NCBI GenBank assembly: GCA_913043225.1
Contig: CAJWLU010000001.1
Location: forward strand, 267,882 to 331,881
Length of the DNA stretch: 64,000 bases
Reading direction: 5' to 3'
DNA from: an uncultured Acidobacteriota bacterium
Lineage (GTDB): Bacteria > Acidobacteriota > Vicinamibacteria > Vicinamibacterales > UBA8438
Numbering within the stretch: the stretch's first letter is position 1; every line of letters starts with the position of its first letter. Both the position numbers and the translations under genes were made by a program. Under the pieces are notes generated by a model, which was not told the origin of the DNA, did no database searches, and saw only the letters and a program-made list of their open reading frames with translations. Below are positions 57,113 to 64,000 of the stretch, piece by piece.

Positions 57113-58207
57113 CTAGCCGCCGAACATGCCCTTCACCGAGTTGAGCAGCCGGACGTGCGGCCGCAGGTCGGCGAGGGCTCCCGAGATTGCGTCCGCGTCG
57201 GCCGACGGGTTGTCGACCGACGGCGCGCCTAACTCCAATCCTCGCTGGTACGTCACCAGGAAGTCGGTGAGCACGGCCAGTGCCTCCTTACGGTGGCCAT
57301 CATCGAGACCGGCCACGAACCGCTGGATGCCGAGCGCCGTGTCCCCCGAATTGAGGTCCGACAGGTCGGCCTGCAGGTAGTCGCGAAGCGCCAACACCAA
57401 CCCTCGCTGGACCTCGCGGACTCGGTCCCCTTCGGCGCCGGACGGCAGATCCTGCAACCCCCCCAGCGCCCGGCCCACGGCCCGCCGCGCCTCCCAGATC
57501 GATGGCTGGATCGGAATCTGCGCCTCGATCTGGGCAAGCTCGTCCTCTTCCTGCTGCTTCTCGACCGACAAACCCTTCGGCTTGCGGGCCAAGCGAACCA
57601 GCATGACGAGCCAGAGCACCAGCGGCAGCGGCGCGACGGTCCAGGCCATTGTCCGGAAGAAGGTCGCTTGATTGGCGAAGCTGCCCAGCTCGATCGTGTC
57701 GCGGATGTCGAGCAGTGGCTCGTCGGTCACCGAGGTGACATACCGCACTAGCCCCTGTCCACCGTCCACCTGCTGCACCTCGGCGTCCTCGATATCTTCA
57801 CCGAGGTCGCGCACCAGGTAGTAGAAGCTGAAGTTCGGGAGCACGTAGGTCATCTTGTTCGGGTCAACCAGCCTGAACCCGTAGATGAAGTCCCAGATGT
57901 GCTCGTCCTCGACGCGGGTCTTCTCCACCGTCAGCGAAACGCCCTCGAAGGGATGCACCGGCAGGGTCTCTGGTGCCACCCGATCCTCCAGCACGATGAT
58001 CTCCTGCCCATCGTCGATCAGGTCGGGGAACCGCACCCGATACCGCTGGGTGATGAGGTCGCCGGTCTTCACCACCGTCGGTTCCAGCTCGAGCGTCTCG
58101 ACCCGCACCGGGCCCATGGGCGCATCGATCGCGTCAGGCGGCTGGGCCAGCAGGCTGGTCGGAAGCAACAGAGCGAAGGCAAGTGCGAACGCCGACGTGC
58201 GTGTCAT
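57113..58207 (-). CDS. hypothetical signal-peptide protein with one internal TM helix (BatD-like position)
   Basis: ATG at 58207 gives MTRTSAFALAFALLLPTSLLAQ. Beta-rich ectodomain, TM MAWTVAPLPLVLWLVMLVRLA, then a helical cytoplasmic tail. Similarity to BatD is by architecture and context only. Confidence 0.55.
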   Translation of the reverse strand: MTRTSAFALAFALLLPTSLLAQPPDAIDAPMGPVRVETLELEPTVVKTGDLITQRYRVRFPDLIDDGQEIIVLEDRVAPETLPVHPFEGVSLTVEKTRVEDEHIWDFIYGFRLVDPNKMTYVLPNFSFYYLVRDLGEDIEDAEVQQVDGGQGLVRYVTSVTDEPLLDIRDTIELGSFANQATFFRTMAWTVAPLPLVLWLVMLVRLARKPKGLSVEKQQEEDELAQIEAQIPIQPSIWEARRAVGRALGGLQDLPSGAEGDRVREVQRGLVLALRDYLQADLSDLNSGDTALGIQRFVAGLDDGHRKEALAVLTDFLVTYQRGLELGAPSVDNPSADADAISGALADLRPHVRLLNSVKGMFGG

Positions 58208-58245
58208 GTTCACCGGTTGTCCATCCCTGGTCATCGATGTCCGAT

Positions 58246-59163
58246 CTAGCGAGCCGTGCGAGAAATCAGGAACTTGGGCAACTCCTCGATGTGGTTCTCT
58301 GGCGTCAGCACGACCGAGTCGATCCCCGCCCAATACTTCAACTTGTATTGCAGCGTTTCGCGTGACTCCTCGATCCGACGACGGATCGCTCCAGCCTTCC
58401 TGGCAGAGATCACCGTCTGTTTGCCGGTCTCCATATCCGAGATCCGGATGTAACCCAGGCGGCTCTTGACCGAGAACTCCTCGGGGTCGTCCAGAATGAG
58501 CACGATCATATCGTGCTTCGCCGCCACGGTGCTGAGGAGCTTGAAGTCGATTGCGTCGTGGTCGTTGACGAGATCGACCAGGTCGGTGAGCACCACGACC
58601 GAGTGCCGCATCTTCAGTCTAGCCAGCATGAAATCGATGGCCACCTTGAGATTCGCCGGACGCCGCGACGGGAACTCCCGCTCGAGCTTCAGCTTCTCGA
58701 AGATCTGATGCGCCATGTAAAAGACCTGCGAGCTGCCCATCTTGGGCTTCATGTAGAGCTCGATCCGATCCGAGTAGCCGAGCAACCCGACCGGGTCACG
58801 CACGTTGGACCGGGTCAACCCGATGTTGCCCAGCAGATCCAACATCAACAGTGCCTTGTTGGACCGTTGGGATACCTGAAACAGCGTCGAGTAGGAGAGG
58901 TCGCAGATGATGAGCGTCCGCATCTCCTTGGGCTCCATCCGCTCGATCCGGAACAGCTTCTCCGGATACGTGCGCATGCTCAGGTTCCAGGCCACGTCCT
59001 TGAGTGGCTGGCCCGGCCGCCACTGATCGACGCCGACGATGTCGTAGCCGGCCCCCTTGAACCCGCTCTTGTGCTCGCCGAAGTGGATGCTCGTGGAGGG
59101 CTTGCGCGCTCGGATCCCGTGCTTGATGTCACGAAACCTGGCGTAGACCTCCTCTACTTCCAA
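58246..59163 (-). CDS. DUF58 domain-containing protein (MoxR-associated, VWA-like)
   Basis: GEHKSGFKGAGYDIVGVDQWRPGQPLKDVAWNLSMR and LIICDLSYS are typical DUF58 signatures. Overlaps the moxR 3' end by 10 nt. Confidence 0.85.
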   Translation of the reverse strand: MEVEEVYARFRDIKHGIRARKPSTSIHFGEHKSGFKGAGYDIVGVDQWRPGQPLKDVAWNLSMRTYPEKLFRIERMEPKEMRTLIICDLSYSTLFQVSQRSNKALLMLDLLGNIGLTRSNVRDPVGLLGYSDRIELYMKPKMGSSQVFYMAHQIFEKLKLEREFPSRRPANLKVAIDFMLARLKMRHSVVVLTDLVDLVNDHDAIDFKLLSTVAAKHDMIVLILDDPEEFSVKSRLGYIRISDMETGKQTVISARKAGAIRRRIEESRETLQYKLKYWAGIDSVVLTPENHIEELPKFLISRTAR

Positions 59164-60269
59164 GGAGGAACCTCCATGTCGCGGACGATCTGTTGCAAGA
59201 GTTCGTCCTTGTCGACGGAGAACTCCATACCTTCGCGCAGGACCAGCCGGTGGGCGAGCACCGGCCCCGCGACCTCCTTAATGTGATCCGGCGTGACCTG
59301 CAGGTCGCCGTTGAAGAAGGCGAACGTCCGCGCCACGGCCTCAAGGTGAAAATGGACACGAGGCGAGATCCCGACGCGGATATACTCCTTCACCGCCCGG
59401 GCGGCCCGTCCCTGGACCCGATGGGGACGCGTGTTCCGGATGAGCCGGACCTTGTACTGCGCCCCGTATTCAGACATCGTGACGTTGTCGTAGATATAAC
59501 GGGCAATATCGAGCACCTCGTAAAGATCGGTCAGCTTCTCGACCTTCCGTCCCACGACGTTGCCGGCGGTGATGTTGTACTCGTCCTCTTCCCTCTCCGG
59601 GTCCATCATATTGATGGAGATGGTGGTGCGGTCGAGCTGCGCGACAGGGTTGGCGAAGGTGCCTTCTTCCTCGCCGAAGATATTCTCGGTGCAAATGACC
59701 ATGAAGAACCGGGGTCCCGTGATGTCACTGAAGTCACAGGACAGCGGGAAGAGGGGCAAGACCTTACCCTCGGCCAGGTTCCCGTAGTCCGAGCTAAGAG
59801 TGGCCGAGCTCTCCTCCATGCCCTCGAGCACGGCCGCCTTGGTTTTGCCTGACAACCGGTTGTCCTCGTCAATGAGGACGATGTGGGCCATCAGCTTGCC
59901 CGGTTTGAAGACGAGCTTGCGGCTGCCGTCGGTCTCCTCGACGATCGTCTCGTAGCCGAGGATGTCCTCGGGCATGTAGGTCGGCAGCCCCTGGATCCGT
60001 TCGAACTTCGCGTCGATCGCCATGGCGCAGGCGCTAACCAGGTCGGTCTTCCCGGTGCCGGTCGGCCCCCTGAACATGACGTGCGGCTGCCTGAGCAGCT
60101 TGCTCTGGCTAAGCTTGTCCGTGTAGGGGAGCAGCGTAAAGAACGCCCAGGACAGGATGCGCGCGGCATCGTCGAGACCATAGAGCCACTTGGTCGACTC
60201 CTTCTGGAACCGCTGGACCACTTCATTGGCGCGGTCGAAGTCGATAGTGCGTGTCGGTTGAACGGCCAT
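59154..60269 (-). CDS. MoxR-family AAA+ ATPase (divergent)
   Basis: ATG at 60269 preceded by GAGAGGA. Walker A FRGPTGTGKTD, Walker B region IVLIDEDNRLSGKTKAAVLEGMEE (canonical DEINRA..KTQSALLEAM.E), and C-terminal lid VSPR...A.A.A...G...V.P.D. About 50 aa longer than MoxR proteins I recall. Confidence 0.85.
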   Translation of the reverse strand: MAVQPTRTIDFDRANEVVQRFQKESTKWLYGLDDAARILSWAFFTLLPYTDKLSQSKLLRQPHVMFRGPTGTGKTDLVSACAMAIDAKFERIQGLPTYMPEDILGYETIVEETDGSRKLVFKPGKLMAHIVLIDEDNRLSGKTKAAVLEGMEESSATLSSDYGNLAEGKVLPLFPLSCDFSDITGPRFFMVICTENIFGEEEGTFANPVAQLDRTTISINMMDPEREEDEYNITAGNVVGRKVEKLTDLYEVLDIARYIYDNVTMSEYGAQYKVRLIRNTRPHRVQGRAARAVKEYIRVGISPRVHFHLEAVARTFAFFNGDLQVTPDHIKEVAGPVLAHRLVLREGMEFSVDKDELLQQIVRDMEVPPWK

Positions 60270-60401
60270 GTAATCCTCTCGCGCTCCGGGCGCCTCGAAC
60301 ATGGCAGGCGGCCGCTCGCACGACCGGCCCCTGCCGGCGGTAAGTGTGGCCGCGTGCGACCACACCGTCAAGATAGGTATTGGGTGTCCGACACCGGGTG
60401 C

Positions 60402-62762
60402 CTAGCGGGGGCCCCCACCCACGGTGAAGCCGACATAGAACTCACGCCCCGGCGACGGCTCGAAGTAGCGGCCACCCCATGCGTTGGTAATCCCCGAAGA
60501 GTTGTAGCGCTCATCGAAGATGTTGTCGAAGCCGACGAACGGCCGCACATCGACGTCACCGATCTGCGCGTCCCAGCCGAAGCGGAGGTCGACTACCGTA
60601 TAGGCCCAGTTGAACACCGTGTTGGCGTTGTTCAGAGCGTAGTCGTCGTTCCAGCGCACGGTCGCGCCAGAGCGCAAACCGAAGGGCGCGGTGTAGTTGA
60701 ACCCTGCGAATAAACGGTGGGGCACCGCACCCGGCTCGAGCATGCCGGAGAAGTCGTTCCCCTCGGGCGTGAAGTTCTCGAACACGAAGTCCTGATAGGT
60801 GTAGGCGACGCGAACGTCGAAGCTAGAGGTCGGCACCCAGTCAAGCGCCAGTTCGAACCCGTCGCGCGAGGTCTCTCCGGCGTTGCGGAAAAACGTTTCT
60901 TCGGTGATCGGGCTCTGGAACGGCACCAGGGCACTATCGACGGTCGAGAAATAAACGGCCACCTCGTAGCGAAGCCGAGCCGCCTCGGCGAGACCGCGGA
61001 CACCCACCTCGAAGCTCTGGAGATCCTGCGGCTCCAGATTCTGGTTGAATCCCCCCGAGCCGTCCTCGGTGTTCGACAGCTCGACGGTGGTCGGCGTCTC
61101 GTAGGCGGTCGAGAAGTTCCCGAACAAGTTCACCCCGGGCGCAGCAGCGAACGTAATGCCCACCGAGGGGCTCACCGCATTCATGGTGCGCTCGCCAGAC
61201 TGGTCGCCATCGTCCAGCTTCCGGTCTCCGGCCTGGAAATCGTAGTAGTCCCAGCGCACGCCGGCACTGAGGCGGACCCGGTCTGTCGGCGAGATGCCGA
61301 TCTGGGCGAACGGACCGGCCGACATTACTTCCTCGGTCTGGTCCACGAGCAGACTGCCGCTGGTAGCTCGCCCCCCGGCTGTAGTCGGCGCGACCTGCCT
61401 AAACTCCATTCGGTCGTCGTTCTGTGAGGCCACGTCGAGGCCGGCAGCCCAATCGATGCCGGTGCCGCCGCGTTGCGTGCTGCCGATGTACTCGGAACGG
61501 AACCCGAATCCGTTCCGACCGAGGTCGACGTTCCGAAACGCACCGACGGCGCCCAGATCCCGCCACATGCCCCAACCAGTGGCACGAAACACCTGGGTTC
61601 CGCTCAGCCGGTGCTCGAGGGTGATGCCGCCTTGTCCCTGGGTCGCGGCCTCGCCCCAGTTCCGAGACGCGGCGACGCCTCGGGCCAAACACGCGCCAGA
61701 CAGGCAGTTTCCGTCGCTACCGCGGACCGGATCCCCGCGCGCATCAGACTCGTTAAGGAAACTCGGACTCTCGGCAAAAGGCGAATCGTAGAGGTTGAAG
61801 ATGCCCCGGATTTCGGTGTCGGCGCCTAGTTCATGCCGCATGACGAAATTGGCCTGTGTAATCTCGGCCGCGCCATTGTCCCGAAAACCGTCAGTTCCAA
61901 AACGGCTGGCACTCAACATGAACTGCGTACTCGCGCTGCCGCCGTCGACCCGCAGTTGCTGGCGGTTGTAGCCATAGCTACCGAACTGTACGTCGGGGCG
62001 AATGGTCAGGGCCCTCGACTCGTCAAACGTGGTCTGTAGATTGATCACGCCGCCCGCCGCGTTGCCATAGAGTACCGAGCTCGGCCCACGGATGACGTCG
62101 ATCCGGCCCACCGACCCGAGGTCCACGTTGCCCGGCTCAGTCGTCCCGTCCGCGGTCGTGATCGGAATGCCGTCCTGGATGATCGCCACCCCGCGTAGGC
62201 CGAAGCGAGGCTGCGGAGCGCGGATGCTGAGTCCAATGCCCCCAGACAACCCGTAGTTGCGACGGTTCTGCACGTAGAGCCCGGGAATACCGCGGAGCGC
62301 CTCGTCGAGCGACGATCGGCGCTGAGCAAACTCGATCTGGTCCCTGGACACGACGGCAACTGAATTCGGGACGCCTGAGAGATCCTGGTCGGTCCGGGTA
62401 ACAATGACCGTCTCATCAAGCGGCGCCAGCCCGAGGGTCATATCGACCGTCACGGCCACGTTTGCCACGGTCGTGGGCTGCTCTTCGCTCCCGAACCCAG
62501 GCAGCACGCCCCGCACGGCATAGGTACCGGCCGGCAGATTCAGGATCTCGTAGCGGCCAAGACCGTCGCTCACACCCAAGTGGACCGATCCAGTCGAGGT
62601 CGCGGTCGCCGTCACGGTGACCCCGGGCAGCACGGCGCCGCTCTCGTCACGCGTGACTCCTTCGATTCGTCCTGACTGCGCAGCTACCTCTGAGACCAAC
62701 ACAACAACCAGCAGCATGGCCACCCATGCCCCCAACTTCAACAAGTGCCAAACGGTACTCAT
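60402..62762 (-). CDS. TonB-dependent receptor with N-terminal CarboxypepD_reg domain
   Basis: ATG at 62762 gives the signal peptide MSTVWHLLKLGAWVAMLLVVVLVSEVAAQS. CarboxypepD_reg GRIEGVTRDESGAVLPGVTVTATA...YEILNLPAGTYAVRGVLPGF. Plug motifs (DEALRGIPGLYV, IDVIRGPSSVLYG) and a large barrel. Confidence 0.85.
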   Translation of the reverse strand: MSTVWHLLKLGAWVAMLLVVVLVSEVAAQSGRIEGVTRDESGAVLPGVTVTATATSTGSVHLGVSDGLGRYEILNLPAGTYAVRGVLPGFGSEEQPTTVANVAVTVDMTLGLAPLDETVIVTRTDQDLSGVPNSVAVVSRDQIEFAQRRSSLDEALRGIPGLYVQNRRNYGLSGGIGLSIRAPQPRFGLRGVAIIQDGIPITTADGTTEPGNVDLGSVGRIDVIRGPSSVLYGNAAGGVINLQTTFDESRALTIRPDVQFGSYGYNRQQLRVDGGSASTQFMLSASRFGTDGFRDNGAAEITQANFVMRHELGADTEIRGIFNLYDSPFAESPSFLNESDARGDPVRGSDGNCLSGACLARGVAASRNWGEAATQGQGGITLEHRLSGTQVFRATGWGMWRDLGAVGAFRNVDLGRNGFGFRSEYIGSTQRGGTGIDWAAGLDVASQNDDRMEFRQVAPTTAGGRATSGSLLVDQTEEVMSAGPFAQIGISPTDRVRLSAGVRWDYYDFQAGDRKLDDGDQSGERTMNAVSPSVGITFAAAPGVNLFGNFSTAYETPTTVELSNTEDGSGGFNQNLEPQDLQSFEVGVRGLAEAARLRYEVAVYFSTVDSALVPFQSPITEETFFRNAGETSRDGFELALDWVPTSSFDVRVAYTYQDFVFENFTPEGNDFSGMLEPGAVPHRLFAGFNYTAPFGLRSGATVRWNDDYALNNANTVFNWAYTVVDLRFGWDAQIGDVDVRPFVGFDNIFDERYNSSGITNAWGGRYFEPSPGREFYVGFTVGGGPR

Positions 62763-62772
62763 TTTCACGAAT

Positions 62773-62782
62773 CCCCCCCCCC
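62773..62782 (-). repeat. G10 homopolymer (C10 on + strand) 10 nt upstream of the TonB-dependent receptor start codon
   Basis: The minus strand reads AATAATTTGGGGGGGGGGATTCGTGAAAATG. The run occupies the Shine-Dalgarno window of the 60402-62762 gene. Confidence 0.9.
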
Positions 62783-62923
62783 AAATTATTTTCGATACAC
62801 GCATGCACCGACGGCATCCTCGAAAAACAAACACCGACGGAACACGGGCCTTGATCGAAGCACTCCTCGAAGCCCCTTGTGTCGTACTCTTCCGAGCAAC
62901 TCAACTACCTACCAGCAGACCGG

Positions 62924-64000
62924 TCAGTTCGCCAGCGGGTCGGGACGCATCTGGAACTTCACGATGCCCGGCTTCACGCCCTGGCCACCCTCGATATGCC
63001 AGGTTGCCGCTTCGCCGTAGGTGGCCCACAAGCCACGTCCCTTCCAGCCGGCGTCTGGATCATCAATCCGACCATCGAGCCCACGAGTGAAGAACCCTTG
63101 CGGGTACGGCACCCGGAGGACAGTCCACTCACCGGAGTCAGGATCAAGAGCCAGCAACGAGTCGGAGTTGGAGCCGGTCGCAATCGGCACGTCGGCACCC
63201 AGGCCAAGGACATTCCACTGGTCCACCCAGTTGTAGTAGTGGAAGTCAGCTCGCACCGGTGGGTCGGTGCCCGCAATGATCGGGCCCGGCGTTTCATAGA
63301 GGGTCCATCCTTCGACACAGTGCCTCCCCTGGGACGTCTCTGGCCCGTTGTGCACCTCGCACTTCGTGCGGTCGAAGCTGGCCAGATGGCTACTTCCGGA
63401 CAACGCCGTCCAGATCACGCCATCGCGGTCTATGTCGACACCCCGCGCCCCGAAGCCCCGCTTCTCGGGCGGCACGCTCGAGTCGAATACCGAAGGCACC
63501 TCGAAGATCTCAGTCGCGCACGTCTCCGGCGGATTGTCGCCGATGTCGAGACGCGCCAGCGTACCGGGGAACCGATTGGCGCTAATCCACACCACCCGAT
63601 CGTCGGTCGGATCGCCGATGACCCCGTAGCTCCCCACGATCACGCGGGTATCGAGGCTCAGGTCGGGCGTGGCCTCCTGGCCGCGTCGCGCCGGCTCATT
63701 CCACGGCTTGGTGATACGGCCATCGCCATTGGTGTCGATGACCGTGGGGCACCAACCCTGCGACGCGCGCTCGTCACCCGTCTCATCGTAGAGCTTGGTG
63801 TCAATCCAGCCGACGACCTGACCGCCGCCGCTGAAATACAGCGTGTCGTTCTCGTCCTCGGCAAACTGAAGATGGTGGGTCCCGAAGCAGGTGTCCACCA
63901 TGACGAACTTCTGAGTCGGCGGGTCGTAGTACACGGCTGAGCGGAACCCGTTGTCGAGCGGGAAGTACTGGGCGAACGCGTTGTCCGACCCCTCGCGGCA
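62924..64000 (-). CDS. paralog of the 38025-40226 CarboxypepD_reg/CxxCH/propeller protein, C-terminal ~359 codons (5' end outside window)
   Basis: The reading frame stays open to base 64000 (CREGSDNAFAQYFPLDNGFRSAVYYDPPTQKFVMVDTCFGTHHLQF...). It is collinear with residues after the propeller start of the 38025-40226 product. 58 of the last 77 residues are identical by hand alignment. Confidence 0.8.
   Translation of the reverse strand, partial: CREGSDNAFAQYFPLDNGFRSAVYYDPPTQKFVMVDTCFGTHHLQFAEDENDTLYFSGGGQVVGWIDTKLYDETGDERASQGWCPTVIDTNGDGRITKPWNEPARRGQEATPDLSLDTRVIVGSYGVIGDPTDDRVVWISANRFPGTLARLDIGDNPPETCATEIFEVPSVFDSSVPPEKRGFGARGVDIDRDGVIWTALSGSSHLASFDRTKCEVHNGPETSQGRHCVEGWTLYETPGPIIAGTDPPVRADFHYYNWVDQWNVLGLGADVPIATGSNSDSLLALDPDSGEWTVLRVPYPQGFFTRGLDGRIDDPDAGWKGRGLWATYGEAATWHIEGGQGVKPGIVKFQMRPDPLAN

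Overview
GC-rich, gene-dense bacterial chromosomal segment with about 50 protein-coding genes on both strands and many 1-30 nt overlaps or ATGA/GTGA junctions. I recognised no rRNA, tRNA, CRISPR array, transposase/integrase or phage gene. Layout: (i) 1-14.3 kb holds peptide/amino-acid scavenging genes (two gamma-glutamyltransferases, S9 peptidase, secreted esterase, TAXI-TRAP transporter) plus fbaB, a Cld/HemQ-family gene and a lytic transglycosylase. (ii) 14.3-26.7 kb is a housekeeping mix (ettA, dinB, rsgA, queG, YqgE-family, MsbA-like exporter) with an uncharacterised zincin + ATP-grasp pair and a cupredoxin-like gene. (iii) 26.8-36.4 kb is a minus-strand envelope string (Oar-like TonB-dependent receptor, rnd, lpxB, M16 peptidase pair, OM barrel). 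(iv) 38.0-48.4 kb holds a complete Alternative Complex III operon (actABCDEF), flanked divergently by a large CarboxypepD_reg / CxxCH / beta-propeller-like protein and followed by a SAM methyltransferase. (v) 48.5-50.8 kb holds a HIBADH-family dehydrogenase and 3-oxoacid CoA-transferase. (vi) 52.9-60.3 kb is a MoxR-DUF58-VWA (Bat-like) operon ending in a voltage-sensor K+ channel fused to a VOC/glyoxalase-like domain. (vii) The last 3.6 kb holds a second TonB-dependent receptor preceded by a G10 tract, and a truncated paralog of the propeller protein at the window edge. The repertoire suggests a Gemmatimonadota/Acidobacteriota/Rhodothermota-like Gram-negative, but that is inference only. Best candidates for something undescribed are the Kv-VOC fusion inside the MoxR/VWA operon, the heme-motif propeller family beside ACIII, and the translationally coupled zincin/ATP-grasp pair. 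Two decayed genes (ArsR-family, PQQ-propeller remnant) sit in the only low-coding islands. All family calls come from reading the translated ORFs and memory of protein families. Nothing was searched or computed.
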